In this document: in pieces, positions 38,531 to 48,836 of the stretch
Position numbering within the stretch: the first letter of the stretch is position 1
How the letters are laid out: each line of letters begins with the position of its first letter
Assembly (NCBI GenBank): GCA_965197905.1
Contig: CBDAOB010000004.1
Location: 672,001-736,000 of the forward strand
DNA length: 64,000 bases
From: Candidatus Latescibacterota bacterium
GTDB taxonomy: Bacteria; Latescibacterota; UBA2968; UBA8231
Reading direction: 5' to 3'
Position numbers and translations under genes: made by a program
Notes under the pieces: model-generated
Told to the model about the DNA's origin: nothing
What the model saw: the letters and a program-made list of their open reading frames with translations, nothing else
The model's database searches: none

Positions 38531-39522
38531 TTCACTACCGGTGCGGATTCAGCCTTCCAGCAACTCGCCAGATGGCCGGGGGTAACGGACTCCAGCGACG
38601 GCTCCTCGACGCGACATTTGTCGTCGGCCAGGGGGCAGCGCGGACTGAAACGGCACCCTTGAGGGAAGGATGTTGCATCGGGGACCATGCCGGGGATGAT
38701 CTCCAGGCGATCGGTCTGGGTATCGAGCCGTGGAATCGAAGCCATGAGCCCGCGGGTGTACGGATGGGCTGGAGCTTTGAACAGGGCTGCGGTCTCTGCG
38801 TGTTCGACAATCTTGCCCGCGTACATGACGGCGACCCGAGCGGCTGTTTCGGCGATAACCCCCAGATCGTGGGTGATCAAGAGAATCGCCATCTGCAGCT
38901 CCTCCTGCAATCGCTTCAGAAGTTCGAGGATCTGGGCTTGGATCGTCACGTCCAGCGCGGTGGTGGGCTCGTCAGCTATCAGCAGGTCGGGGTTGCACGA
39001 CAGCGCCATGGCGATCATTACCCGTTGGCGCATCCCACCGCTCAACTGATGAGGATAATCGTCGATGCGCTGCTCCGGTGCCGGGATGCCTACGAGACGG
39101 AGCATATCGATAGCCCGCAGGCGCGCCTCTTTTTTGCCGACACCCTGGTGCAGTACCACGGCTTCCATGATCTGATATCCGCAGGTCAGTACGGGGTTGA
39201 GGCTGGTCATCGGCTCCTGGAATATCATCGCGATATCGTCGCCGCGAATATCGCACATCTGGCGTTCGGAAAGATCGAGCAGATTCTGGCCGTTCATCAC
39301 GATGCGCCCGGACTCGATACGCCCCGGGGGCTCGGCCACCAATCGCATGATGGAAAGAGCGCTGACGCTCTTGCCGCAACCGCTTTCGCCGACCAGGCCC
39401 AGGGTTTCACCCCGCCGCAGATCGAAAGAAACGCCGTCGACGGCGCGCCCGACCCCTTCATCGGTATAGAAGTAGGTCTTTAGGTCGCTGACCTCTAGCA
39501 GGGTATCCGCAGTCTCAGGCAT
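38527..39522 (-). CDS. oppD: Oligopeptide/dipeptide ABC transporter ATPase
   Basis: [38 protein letters not shown]. Confidence 0.9.
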   Translation of the reverse strand: MPETADTLLEVSDLKTYFYTDEGVGRAVDGVSFDLRRGETLGLVGESGCGKSVSALSIMRLVAEPPGRIESGRIVMNGQNLLDLSERQMCDIRGDDIAMIFQEPMTSLNPVLTCGYQIMEAVVLHQGVGKKEARLRAIDMLRLVGIPAPEQRIDDYPHQLSGGMRQRVMIAMALSCNPDLLIADEPTTALDVTIQAQILELLKRLQEELQMAILLITHDLGVIAETAARVAVMYAGKIVEHAETAALFKAPAHPYTRGLMASIPRLDTQTDRLEIIPGMVPDATSFPQGCRFSPRCPLADDKCRVEEPSLESVTPGHLASCWKAESAPVVK

Positions 39523-40387
39523 GGGTGAGTTCTTCGGAGAATGATGCTGCGGAGCGGTTCCATTTACCTTCGAAAGTCCAGGTGGGGTTATCGTACTTGG
39601 AGTGTAGAAGAAGAGAAACTCGCTCCGACTGGTCGGCGCTGAGATCGGCCTCGTCGATCTCGACGGAGAGTACCTCGCGGAACCCCTCCAGTATTCGGGT
39701 CTTCAGGTCAGCGGGTGACCAGGATTCGAGACAGGCGCTCAAATGTGTGCTTCCCAGCTGCAATTCCGAAAGATACGCTTCGCGCACCGCCACATCTCCT
39801 TCGGGCATGAGCTCCAACAGCCTTTCGTGACGCGGATCGAGGAGCAGGGAGCCGTGCTGCAGCACCGCGCTCTTGAGGCGTCGTTGCGCGCTGCCTATCA
39901 GCTTGCGTCCCCTGCACTTTACCTCCCACCGTGAGATGCTCGAAAAACACGGCCGGCTGGTATCTGTCGCCTGCCGGTCGGTACGGCGCGCGGCGGCCCG
40001 TTCCAACACGGCCTCCACCCCAAGGATGCGAAGTCCTCGCACCAGGCAACAACCGATAGCATGGTAGACCTCCCCTACATCCTCTCCCACCTCGCCGGCG
40101 GCCGTGGCGCAGACGACACTGTAGGTGAGTTCTCCCCAGTGCAAGACGGCGCGTCCTCCCGTGGGGCGGCGCACGATGTCAACGCCCATCTGCCGGCATT
40201 TTTCGACGTCCAGCTCGCGTTCTAATTTCTGGCCGAAACCGAGGGTTACGGTGGGCGGATTCCAACCGAAAAGCCGCAAGTATGGTCCGCCGCCGCGGTT
40301 GGCACATTCGTCCAGCAACACCTCGTCCACAGCCATATTGTACGCACCCCGGGCGACACCCGTATCAATGAACGACCAGGTCGTCAT
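39515..40387 (-). CDS. Lipoate-protein ligase A / LipM-type octanoyltransferase
   Basis: [29 protein letters not shown]; next to the fab cluster. Confidence 0.88.
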   Translation of the reverse strand: MTTWSFIDTGVARGAYNMAVDEVLLDECANRGGGPYLRLFGWNPPTVTLGFGQKLERELDVEKCRQMGVDIVRRPTGGRAVLHWGELTYSVVCATAAGEVGEDVGEVYHAIGCCLVRGLRILGVEAVLERAAARRTDRQATDTSRPCFSSISRWEVKCRGRKLIGSAQRRLKSAVLQHGSLLLDPRHERLLELMPEGDVAVREAYLSELQLGSTHLSACLESWSPADLKTRILEGFREVLSVEIDEADLSADQSERVSLLLHSKYDNPTWTFEGKWNRSAASFSEELTHA

Positions 40388-41154
40388 CAGAGCGCTCCGA
40401 GCCGCTTGAGAGCGTCACGGGCGGCCATCTGCTGTGCTTCTTTCTTGCTGCGCCCCCGACCGCTACCCAGTTTTTCGCTGGTTATGCTGACTTCGACGCT
40501 AAAAATCTTGTCGTGGTCGGGCCCTTCTTCGGCATGCACGAAGTACCTTGGATGCCCCGCTCCCTCCCGCTGAGTATGCTCCAGGAGCTTGCTTTTGAAG
40601 TTCACGTAATCGTCGCGGCTGATCAGCTCCTGGAAGTCGTCCAGGACCCGTTCTTCCGCGAACCGGCGAACCACGTGTAGCCCGCCATCGAGATACATCG
40701 CTCCCACGACCGCTTCGAACGTGTCACAGAGGATCGAAGGCTGCTCGTGTCCGCCGGCATTCCGTTCCTCGGCGCTCAATAGAACAAACCGTCCGAGATC
40801 CATGCGCCTGGCTTTGGCCGCCAGGGTTCCCCGGCTGACGATTAGTGATTTCAGCTGTGTCAGGTGGCCTTCCCGCTTGTCCTCGAACTCCCGAAACAGG
40901 AATTCCGCGATTATCAGGTCGAGCACGGCGTCACCGAGATATTCGAGGCGCTCGTTGGAATCGATGCCGTGCCCCTGCCGAGCGTAGACGTAGGATCGAT
41001 GTTTGAGGGCGTGTACCAGCAGTTGGGTATTCTTGAATCGATAGCCGATTCGCTGCTGGAGTTGGCGCAGGTCACTCTGGGGGAGTTCGTCCTCCCACGA
41101 ACTGCGCCATCGGCGTGTCAGGGCTGCGATCCATCCCATTCGGAGCGATCTCAA
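40387..41154 (-). CDS. rnc: Ribonuclease III
   Basis: NERLEYLGDAVL, DTFEAVVGAMYLD, dsRBD GPDHDK..SKKEAQQ; start uncertain. Confidence 0.96.
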   Translation of the reverse strand: MRSLRMGWIAALTRRWRSSWEDELPQSDLRQLQQRIGYRFKNTQLLVHALKHRSYVYARQGHGIDSNERLEYLGDAVLDLIIAEFLFREFEDKREGHLTQLKSLIVSRGTLAAKARRMDLGRFVLLSAEERNAGGHEQPSILCDTFEAVVGAMYLDGGLHVVRRFAEERVLDDFQELISRDDYVNFKSKLLEHTQREGAGHPRYFVHAEEGPDHDKIFSVEVSITSEKLGSGRGRSKKEAQQMAARDALKRLGAL

Positions 41155-42395
41155 TCTTCGAAACGAGCAAAGGCAAGAGCGGCATTGTGCCCCCCGAAGC
41201 CGAAGGAGTTGTTCAACGCGTACTTGATCTTTTTCTCACGCGCTTGATTGGGAACGTAATCCAGATCGCAGGCAGGGTCAGCCTTTTCCAGGTTTATCGT
41301 TGGGGGCAGCACCCCGCGCTTTAGTGCAAATATGCAGGCAACGCTCTCGATCGCGCCGGCGGCGCCGAGAAGATGGCCGGTGCAGGACTTCGTGGAGCTG
41401 ATCGCCAGTTCCCGTGCCGAACTCCCAAAGGAGGTTTTGATCGCCGTCGTTTCCTCAGGATCACCCAGTGGCGTGGAGGTCCCATGAGCATTGACGTAGT
41501 CAATGTCAAGGTGATCGAGTCCGGCGTCCTTTATCGCCAGATTCATCGCCCGCACGCCGCCCTCTCCCCCCGGAGACATGGCGGTCTGATGGTATGCGTC
41601 GGCGGTAAAACCGAGGCCTAGAAATTCGCCCCAGATTTCGGCGCCGCGAGACCGGGCATGTTCCAACTCCTCTAAAATCAATCCCCCCGCTCCCTCACCC
41701 AGCACGAATCCGTCGCGGTCCGTATCAAACGGCCGGCTGGCGGTCAGCGGATTCTCGTTGTTCTTCGACAGCGCCTGGGCGGAGGTGAAGCCAGCCATCG
41801 AAACTGGTGTCACCGCTGCCTCGGCCCCGCCGGCGACCATAATATCCGCTTCGTCGTACTGGATCTTTCGCGCCGCTTCCCCGATCGCGTGGGCCCCGGA
41901 GGCGCATGCGGAGACGGTGGAGTAGTTGGGTCCTCTCGCGCCCAGCTTCATGGAGACCATGCCCGAGGACATGTCGCTGATCATCATCGGGACCAGGAAG
42001 GGACTGACGCGGTTCGGGCCCTTTTCCATAAGGATGGTATGTTGATCTTCGAGCGCTTTTATGCCACCGATGCCGGAGCCGAATATTACCCCGAAGCGGT
42101 CGGCGTCGATTTTCTGAGCGTCTAACCCGGAATCGTCGAAGGCTTGCCGGGCGACGAAGACGGCGTAGTGGACGAACGGATCGTTGCGCCTGGCTTCCTT
42201 CCGGTCCAGGGCCGGAGTGGGGTCGAAATTCTTTACCTCGCCGGCAATCTTGACGTCGTGGTTGGACGCGTCAAAATGAGTTATTGGACCTATCCCGGAG
42301 CGGCCGTTTGTCAGGGCCTCCCAGAATGCTTCTGGATCGTTGCCGTTGGGTGCAAGCGCCCCAAGGCCGGTAACTACAACTCTCCTCCGCGACAC
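41151..42395 (-). CDS. fabF: 3-oxoacyl-ACP synthase II
   Basis: SACASG, SRPFD, NAHGTST, GHLLGAAG, NSFGFGGHN. Confidence 0.97.
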   Translation of the reverse strand: MSRRRVVVTGLGALAPNGNDPEAFWEALTNGRSGIGPITHFDASNHDVKIAGEVKNFDPTPALDRKEARRNDPFVHYAVFVARQAFDDSGLDAQKIDADRFGVIFGSGIGGIKALEDQHTILMEKGPNRVSPFLVPMMISDMSSGMVSMKLGARGPNYSTVSACASGAHAIGEAARKIQYDEADIMVAGGAEAAVTPVSMAGFTSAQALSKNNENPLTASRPFDTDRDGFVLGEGAGGLILEELEHARSRGAEIWGEFLGLGFTADAYHQTAMSPGGEGGVRAMNLAIKDAGLDHLDIDYVNAHGTSTPLGDPEETTAIKTSFGSSARELAISSTKSCTGHLLGAAGAIESVACIFALKRGVLPPTINLEKADPACDLDYVPNQAREKKIKYALNNSFGFGGHNAALAFARFED

Positions 42396-42415
42396 GATAT
42401 GGCCTCCCCGACCTC

Positions 42416-42655
42416 CTAGGCCTTGCTGTGTTCTTCGAGGTATTTTACGGCGTCGGTGACGTTGGTCATCTTTTCCGCATCCTCGTCCGGAATATCGATG
42501 CCGAACTCCTCTTCAAACGCCATTACCAGTTCGACGGTGTCGAGAGAGTCGGCGCCCAGGTCATCTATAAAAGACGCGGCGTCGGTCACCTGCTCCTGGC
42601 TAACACCGAGTTGCTCGACGATCAGATCTCGGACACGCTGGTCAATCGCTGACAT
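42416..42655 (-). CDS. acpP: Acyl carrier protein
   Basis: [20 protein letters not shown]; start MSAID with SD AAGGGGG. Confidence 0.97.
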   Translation of the reverse strand: MSAIDQRVRDLIVEQLGVSQEQVTDAASFIDDLGADSLDTVELVMAFEEEFGIDIPDEDAEKMTNVTDAVKYLEEHSKA

Positions 42656-42731
42656 AACAACCCCCTTTTCAGTGGATTTGATATGGGATAGAATGTGGTG
42701 GATGAATTCAGTTTCACGCTCTGTTTGATGG

Positions 42732-43196
42732 CTAGCTGGCGGTGGTTGAGCCGTCCCCCAGGACCGCCAATATCTCGGCCTGCGCCGCCACCTCCTCGCC
42801 GACGAATGCTTTGCCATCCAACTTGCACGAGACTCCCCTCCGCCGCAAGACGTTTAGCTCGAGACGCAGCTGATCGCCGGGTACCACCGGCCGACGAAAC
42901 TTGGCATGGTCAATTCCCGCAAGGAAAGGAACTTTTCCGCTCGAATCCTCCATCGACTTCAGCATCATGGCTGCCCCGGCTTGCGCCATCGCTTCCACAA
43001 TCAAAACCCCAGGCATTACGGCAAAGTCGGGAAAGTGGCCTTGAAAGAAAGGCTCATTGACCGTCACGTTTTTGATACCGACAATCCTCTCCCCAGGAAC
43101 CAGTTCAACGATCCGGTCGAGCAAGAGAAACGGATACCGGTGGGGCAGAACCTTTTTGATCGCCTCTATGTCCAACTCCACCTTGACCGCGCCCAT
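42732..43196 (-). CDS. fabZ: 3-hydroxyacyl-ACP dehydratase
   Basis: [29 protein letters not shown]. Confidence 0.96.
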   Translation of the reverse strand: MGAVKVELDIEAIKKVLPHRYPFLLLDRIVELVPGERIVGIKNVTVNEPFFQGHFPDFAVMPGVLIVEAMAQAGAAMMLKSMEDSSGKVPFLAGIDHAKFRRPVVPGDQLRLELNVLRRRGVSCKLDGKAFVGEEVAAQAEILAVLGDGSTTAS

Positions 43197-43933
43197 CAGG
43201 TCGCCATCCCCCCATCTACCTGCAGTACCTGCCCGGTTATGTAAGACGCCCGATCGGACGCGAGAAACGACACGGCCTGGGCTACTTCCTCCACCAATCC
43301 AGGTCTCCCCATGGGAACCTGGCTCAGCATGGCACTTCGAGCCGCATCGGTGAGGGAAGCGGTCATCTCCGTCTCAATAAGGCCGGGTGCCACCGCGTTG
43401 ACCGTTATGTTCCTCGTTGCCAGTTCCCGGGCCATCGATTTGGTAAATCCGATCAGCCCTGCCTTCGAAGCGGCGTAGTTGGCCTGTCCCGCGTTGCCGC
43501 CGATGCCGACGACCGAGGAGATGGCGATGATGCGCCCGGACTTCGCTTTCATCATGGGTCGGACCGCTGCTTTAGTGCAATTGAAAGCACCTTTCAGATT
43601 GGTTGCGAGCACCGCATCCCAGTCCTCTTCTGACATGCGCAAGAGCAGATTGTCCCGCGCAATGCCGGCGTTGCTCACCAGAATATCGAGCCTGCCGAAG
43701 CGCTCGAGAGTCTGATCGACAGCCCCTTTAACCGCATCGAAATCTTCCACGTCCGCCGCTAGCGGGAGCGTCTCTCCCGGCATCTCCTTCGCCGCAGACT
43801 GGGCTCCCTCCATTCTGGTGCTGAGGACGGCAACGCGCGCCTCGTGGCGCGAGAATTCCGTGCATATTGCGCGCCCGATTCCGCGGCTGCCGCCGGTGAC
43901 CAGAGCTACCTTGTCAGCTAATATTCCCGTCAT
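43196..43933 (-). CDS. fabG: 3-oxoacyl-ACP reductase
   Basis: [29 protein letters not shown]. Confidence 0.96.
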   Translation of the reverse strand: MTGILADKVALVTGGSRGIGRAICTEFSRHEARVAVLSTRMEGAQSAAKEMPGETLPLAADVEDFDAVKGAVDQTLERFGRLDILVSNAGIARDNLLLRMSEEDWDAVLATNLKGAFNCTKAAVRPMMKAKSGRIIAISSVVGIGGNAGQANYAASKAGLIGFTKSMARELATRNITVNAVAPGLIETEMTASLTDAARSAMLSQVPMGRPGLVEEVAQAVSFLASDRASYITGQVLQVDGGMAT

Positions 43934-43968
43934 CTGCGCTCACGGGTTGAGTCGGCTCATCAACGGAG

Positions 43969-44904
43969 CTAACCGGACGTAGCGGCGGTTTCTGCCGCCT
44001 GTTCAATCTCTTCCAGGGTTGCCGCGCTGGCGAACTGCATCCTGCGGTCGATCCTCCGGTGCAGACTCTTCAGCACGCTCCCCGGACCCACTTCCACGGC
44101 GCGGTCGACGCCCAAATCGTTCAAACAACCCATCGACGCGGTCCAGCGCACCGGGCTGGTCATCTGGGCGCCGAGCTGAGCACGCAGCTCAGCGACCTCC
44201 TGCACCGGAGATGCGCCGACGTTCGTCACTACCGGAATCTTCGGCGCGACCAGCGGCGCCTCGGCAAGCAGCTCCTTCAATTCGATCGCCGCCGACTCCA
44301 TGAGCGGTGAGTGAAACGCAGCGCTCACCGGGAGCGGCACGACCTTCTTCGCACCGGATTCACCGGCGGCAACGGACACCTCCTCCACCGCCCGTTTCTC
44401 TCCGGAAATCACGAGCTGCGCAGGTGCGTTGAAGTTGGCGGCCGCGACGGTGCCGGCACAACGCTGGCAAAGATCCACGACCGTGTCATCGTCCAAACCC
44501 ATGATGGCTGCCATCGCCCCCGGCTGTTTGTCTCCCGCTTCCTGCATCAGGTCGCCTCTGCGCTTGACCAGGCGCAGGCCAGATTCGAAGTCGAGAGCCT
44601 CCGCAGCCACCAGAGCGGAATATTCGCCCAGGCTGTGACCGGCGACGCAGTCGGGACGCAGTCCCCGTTCAAGCAGCAGCCGCAACGCCGCAATGCTGTG
44701 CACAAAGACCGCCGGCTGGGTAATGGCGGTTTGGCGCAGCGCCTCTTCGGGTCCGCCGAAACAGAGTTGGCTCAGCCCCGTGCCCATCTCCCGGTCGGCC
44801 ATCTCGAACAGCTCGCGGGCAACCGGGGAATTGTCGTACAGATCCTTGCCCATACCGACGTACTGGGACGCTTGTCCTGGAAAGAGAAAAGCCAGATTGC
44901 CCAT
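43969..44904 (-). CDS. fabD: Malonyl-CoA:ACP transacylase
   Basis: FPGQ, TQPA, GHSLGEY, AFHS. Confidence 0.96.
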   Translation of the reverse strand: MGNLAFLFPGQASQYVGMGKDLYDNSPVARELFEMADREMGTGLSQLCFGGPEEALRQTAITQPAVFVHSIAALRLLLERGLRPDCVAGHSLGEYSALVAAEALDFESGLRLVKRRGDLMQEAGDKQPGAMAAIMGLDDDTVVDLCQRCAGTVAAANFNAPAQLVISGEKRAVEEVSVAAGESGAKKVVPLPVSAAFHSPLMESAAIELKELLAEAPLVAPKIPVVTNVGASPVQEVAELRAQLGAQMTSPVRWTASMGCLNDLGVDRAVEVGPGSVLKSLHRRIDRRMQFASAATLEEIEQAAETAATSG

Positions 44905-44905
44905 C

Positions 44906-45910
44906 TCAGTAACACCACCGGATCAAGGCAGCTCCCCAGGTCAACCCGCCACCTACCGCAGCGAGCAGGGTCAGGTCGCCGGTCTCCAACCGACTTTGTT
45001 GTTTGGCTTCAGAGATGGCAATAGGGATCGTCGCGGCGGTGGTGTTGGCGTACCGTTCGATATTGGAGAACACCTTCTCGGCAGGAAGGTTCATGCGTTC
45101 AGCGGTGGCGTCGATAATGCGCTGATTGGCCTGATGGGGAATGAACAGCTTCAGATCTTCGGCGGTGAGGTTGTTGCGGTTCATGAGACTAAGAGACACC
45201 TCGGACATCTTCGTGACCGCGAATTTGAAGACCGTCCGACCCTCCTGGTGAACGTAGTGCAGACGATCGTCCAGTGTCTCCCGGGTCGCCGGATGCAGGC
45301 TGCCGCCTGCCTTGATGTGTAGACATTCGGTGCCAGAGCCGTCCGCGTGCAACTCGAAGTCCAGCAGTCCGGTATCGGCTTCTTCAGAGCGCTCCAGCAG
45401 AACCCCCCCAGCTCCGTCGCCAAAGAGGACGGAGGTGTTGCGATCCTCCATGTCCAGAATCGCACTCATTTTGTCTGCTCCGATAACCAAAACCTTATCG
45501 TGGGCCCCGCTCCGAATACACTGCGATCCGGCAACGACAGCGTAGACGAACCCGGAACAGGCGGCAGACAAATCATACGCCCAGGCCTTGCTGGCGCCGA
45601 TTTCATGTTGAACGAGGCAAGCTGTGGAAGGGAAAAACATGTCGGGAGTGACGGTCGCAACGATGATAAGATCGATGTCGGTTGGATCCAGCTGTTTCTG
45701 GTCCAGAATCTGCCGGGCGACCTCGATCGCCATGAAGGAAGTCGGCCTGCCTTCTAGGAAGCGTCGTTCTCCGATCCCGGTGCGACTCCGTATCCACTCA
45801 TCCGACGTCTCCACAAACTGGGACAGATCGGCATTGGTAACCACTTTCTCGGGCAGATAATGTGCCGCCGCGGTAATAACGGCACTGCATGTTCCACCGT
45901 CCGCTGTCAA
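44906..45910 (-). CDS. fabH: 3-oxoacyl-ACP synthase III
   Basis: AACSGF, LFGDGAG, PHQANQRI, YANT. Confidence 0.96.
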   Translation of the reverse strand: MTADGGTCSAVITAAAHYLPEKVVTNADLSQFVETSDEWIRSRTGIGERRFLEGRPTSFMAIEVARQILDQKQLDPTDIDLIIVATVTPDMFFPSTACLVQHEIGASKAWAYDLSAACSGFVYAVVAGSQCIRSGAHDKVLVIGADKMSAILDMEDRNTSVLFGDGAGGVLLERSEEADTGLLDFELHADGSGTECLHIKAGGSLHPATRETLDDRLHYVHQEGRTVFKFAVTKMSEVSLSLMNRNNLTAEDLKLFIPHQANQRIIDATAERMNLPAEKVFSNIERYANTTAATIPIAISEAKQQSRLETGDLTLLAAVGGGLTWGAALIRWCY

Positions 45911-45955
45911 TCAAATCCTCAAACCGAATTCGCCGCACGCAGTCATCGTCAGTTA

Positions 45956-46138
45956 TCAGTCTGCCGGCTCTATGTATTCTCTGCCTTTGTAGAACCCGCA
46001 ACTGCTGCAGACGTGGTGGGGGACGGCCGGTTGCCCACAGTGGGAACAGTTCGTCATGGGAGAACTCTTCAACTTCCAGTGCGTGCGGCGCTTGTCGCGT
46101 CGCGTTCGCGATATCCGTCTCTTCGGTACTGCTACCAC
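45956..46138 (-). CDS. rpmF: 50S ribosomal protein L32
   Basis: MAVPKRRIS..RRDKRRTH, two CxxC motifs. Confidence 0.97.
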   Translation of the reverse strand: MVAVPKRRISRTRRDKRRTHWKLKSSPMTNCSHCGQPAVPHHVCSSCGFYKGREYIEPAD

Positions 46139-46180
46139 GTTACACCCTCCTGTTGTTGAACAAAGTCCTGGTAAGCAAAC

Positions 46181-46726
46181 TCACTTAAATTTCAGCTCCT
46201 TCAGTGCTGCCCAGCGAGTATCGTCTCGTTTATCGGAACAGCCGCAGTCACTCTTGTTCAGATTCGTGCCGCATTGAGTGCATAAGCCCTTGCAGTCGGG
46301 CGTGCAAAAAACGCGTAGCGGGAGCGCCAAAACGAGCGCTTCGCGAATCTCCTTCTTCAGATCCACCGATTTCGCCCCCGGGTCGAGGATCATGACTTCC
46401 TCTTCCTCGTCTACGGCCTCCAACTCCTCCTCGCTGGCCCGCTTGCGCTGCACCAGGAGTCGGAAATCGGTCTCCAGCGATTCTTCGATTCCTCCGAGGC
46501 AACGACAGCACTCGCCTCCAACCGCGCAGGCGACCGAACCCTTGAACGAATAAGTTTCTATGCTTCTGCCGATATTCAGTTGCACCCGGACCAGGTCTGG
46601 CAGCGAGAAGTAGTCGTCTTCGAACTCCAACCCTGCCGCGTCCACCTCTAGCAACCGTTCTACCAGACCTTCTTCCAGGTCGTCGAGGAGTATTTCGGTG
46701 ACGGGAGGATCGACCTGGGGCGACAT
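46181..46726 (-). CDS. yceD: YceD / DUF177 family protein
   Basis: CCRCL, C.PDCKGLC..CG.NLN, RWAALKEL; upstream of rpmF. Confidence 0.9.
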   Translation of the reverse strand: MSPQVDPPVTEILLDDLEEGLVERLLEVDAAGLEFEDDYFSLPDLVRVQLNIGRSIETYSFKGSVACAVGGECCRCLGGIEESLETDFRLLVQRKRASEEELEAVDEEEEVMILDPGAKSVDLKKEIREALVLALPLRVFCTPDCKGLCTQCGTNLNKSDCGCSDKRDDTRWAALKELKFK

Positions 46727-47127
46727 CAGGAACCGAAGATAAGTCCGATTTCGCGGGCGGCGTTGTCGACCGAATCGGAGGCATGCACGGCGTTGCTCTG
46801 GATATTCGTGCCGAAGTCAGCTCGAATCGTGCCGGCCGCCGCCTTGGTGCTGTCCGTTTCACCGATGAACCGTCGCAACCTGGCAACCGCGTCATCTCTC
46901 TCCAGCACCATGGGCACTACCGAACCCGAGCAGATCCATTGGATGAGCTCGGGGAAAAACGGCTTGTCACTATGCACACCGTAAAACTCTCGCGCCGCCT
47001 CCTTGGCGAATCTCGTCATGTGCAGCTCCCTGACCACGAAGCCTTCCGATTCCACGCGTCGAATGATCTCCCCGACGGCGTTTTTGGCCACCGCATCGGG
47101 TTTGATAATCATCAAGGTCCGTTCCAT
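46726..47127 (-). CDS. ndk: Nucleoside diphosphate kinase
   Basis: ERTLMIIKPDAV, GTIRADF, NAVHASDS; real start 47127 inside a longer shadow ORF. Confidence 0.96.
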   Translation of the reverse strand: MERTLMIIKPDAVAKNAVGEIIRRVESEGFVVRELHMTRFAKEAAREFYGVHSDKPFFPELIQWICSGSVVPMVLERDDAVARLRRFIGETDSTKAAAGTIRADFGTNIQSNAVHASDSVDNAAREIGLIFGS

Positions 47128-47402
47128 GCCATTCCTTCTCGCTGCCGAGCTCATACGGCCGCGTACGAGCGGCAAAAAAAGATTCCAATCGAGCTTGAAA
47201 TAATAGAAGTTAACCCTTTTCGTGTCAACCAGATGGGAGCTTTGGGCGGCGCTGTCGAGAGCACCTGTTTTTGGGCATCTCCGGGACCCGAAAATGAAGG
47301 CGGACAGGGGCGCCCGAATCCGGCTTGCGCCGGCATCCGAACCGCGATTCGGCTTGGGTTTTAACCCTTTCCTGGCCCCATTTTCCACCCGCTGGTGATT
47401 TC

Positions 47403-47431
47403 TTGACAGGGTAATTTCCCAAGGATAGATT
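47403..47431 (+). promoter_or_regulatory. Sigma70-type promoter giving a (near-)leaderless transcript for the HD gene
   Basis: TTGACA, 17 bp, TAGATT ending 8 nt before ATG 47440; no SD. Confidence 0.6.
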
Positions 47432-47439
47432 CGCCAAAC

Positions 47440-48783
47440 ATGGATCACCCGCTGCTCGGAGACCACGGTAAGGCGATTCGCGACCCCGTGTGGGGTTACA
47501 TTCACGTCCCCGATCCAGTCCTCGCCCTTGTAGACACCGAAGACTTCCAACGACTTCGGAACATAACCCAGCTGGGATTTGTCAGCCTGGTTTACCCCGG
47601 GGCGCGTCATTCCCGCTTCGAACATTCGCTGGGCGTTTTTCACCTTGCCAAACAGTTCCTCCTGCGCCTGCTGAACTCCGATCCACCCCTGGAGTTGGAG
47701 GAGGAAGACATAAAAACCTTCGTCGCCGCAACCTTGTTGCACGACATCGGACATTACCCCTTTTCCCACACCCTGGAGGAGCTCGCTCCTTTTTTCGTTC
47801 ACCACGAGGAACGGGCGCGGCAGATCATTCTCGATCCCACCCGGGGCATCAATCGGGTTCTGCGGAACGAATTCGATATAGACCCGGTGAGTGTGGCCAA
47901 CGTGATCGATTACCGCAACAAGAGCGTCGATATACCCCGACGGCACCTGCTGTTGGCCAATATCCTCAGCGGCACTCTCGACCCGGATAAGATCGATTAC
48001 CTGCTGCGAGATTCTCTGTTTTGCGGCGTGCCGTTCGGAGAAAGCGTCAATCGGGATCGCCTCATCACCTCCATCAAATACGATCCGTCCCGCACACGCC
48101 TGGCCATCACTAGTAAGGGAGTGTCGGCGGTGGAGGCTTTGGTGTTCACCAACTATCAGATGTATCGCAATGTCTATTGGCACCACACCGTTCGGTCGGC
48201 CACGGCGATGTTCAAGCGCGCGGTGCAGGATGTGCTCAATCACTCCAGCTGCCAATTGCGCCTGGACGACTTCCACGGAATATCGGAGAGTGAGTTGATT
48301 CTGATGTTGCGGGAGGAGCAGCGACGCCTGGGGTTGGAGGGGGCAGCGCTTCTCTTGGAAGGCACGGTTTCAAGGCGGTTGCACAAGCTGGGCAGTTTCA
48401 TTTCTCCCGGTGAGCGCAAACGGGAGTTGCTGCATTTCTTCTATGACCTCTATCGCCATCCCGAGAAGCGTCGGGCCAAGGAATTGGAGTTGTGTCGCAT
48501 CTTCGGCGAACATCTCGAACGCGAGATGATGGGACACGAGATTCTCATAGACATTCCCAGCTTCAACAAGAGTCCGGAAGTCGACTTGAAGGTCTTTTTC
48601 GGGGCCGATGTACCGAGTGAAAAGCTCGATCCTCTCGCCTTCGACGACCCGGAAGTTTCGCGGTTGCGCGACTCCTTGTTGCTAAATTTTGAGGACCAGG
48701 CGAAGATTTTTCGGATCTTTTGTATTGACGATGCAGACCTGCGCAAGCTCGTGCGCAACGAGGTGAAACAACATCTCAACTGA
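47440..48783 (+). CDS. HD-domain phosphohydrolase (dNTPase/YwfO-like)
   Basis: RDPVWG, FQRLRNITQLG, HSRFEHSLG, LLHDIGHYPFSH, DKIDYL. Confidence 0.9.
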   Translation: MDHPLLGDHGKAIRDPVWGYIHVPDPVLALVDTEDFQRLRNITQLGFVSLVYPGARHSRFEHSLGVFHLAKQFLLRLLNSDPPLELEEEDIKTFVAATLLHDIGHYPFSHTLEELAPFFVHHEERARQIILDPTRGINRVLRNEFDIDPVSVANVIDYRNKSVDIPRRHLLLANILSGTLDPDKIDYLLRDSLFCGVPFGESVNRDRLITSIKYDPSRTRLAITSKGVSAVEALVFTNYQMYRNVYWHHTVRSATAMFKRAVQDVLNHSSCQLRLDDFHGISESELILMLREEQRRLGLEGAALLLEGTVSRRLHKLGSFISPGERKRELLHFFYDLYRHPEKRRAKELELCRIFGEHLEREMMGHEILIDIPSFNKSPEVDLKVFFGADVPSEKLDPLAFDDPEVSRLRDSLLLNFEDQAKIFRIFCIDDADLRKLVRNEVKQHLN

Positions 48784-48836
48784 GGCGTCTCGAACGACGT
48801 ACACCTACAAACCGAACTTTACCAAGGGGTGAATCT

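Noticed and set aside
42416..42817. 133-aa extended AcpP
   Set aside because: The extension overlaps fabZ; the SD-supported start at 42655 gives a normal 79-aa ACP.
46726..48276. 516-aa minus-strand ORF appearing as a giant Ndk fusion
   Set aside because: Only the last 133 aa are Ndk; the rest is the antisense shadow of the HD gene plus intergenic DNA.
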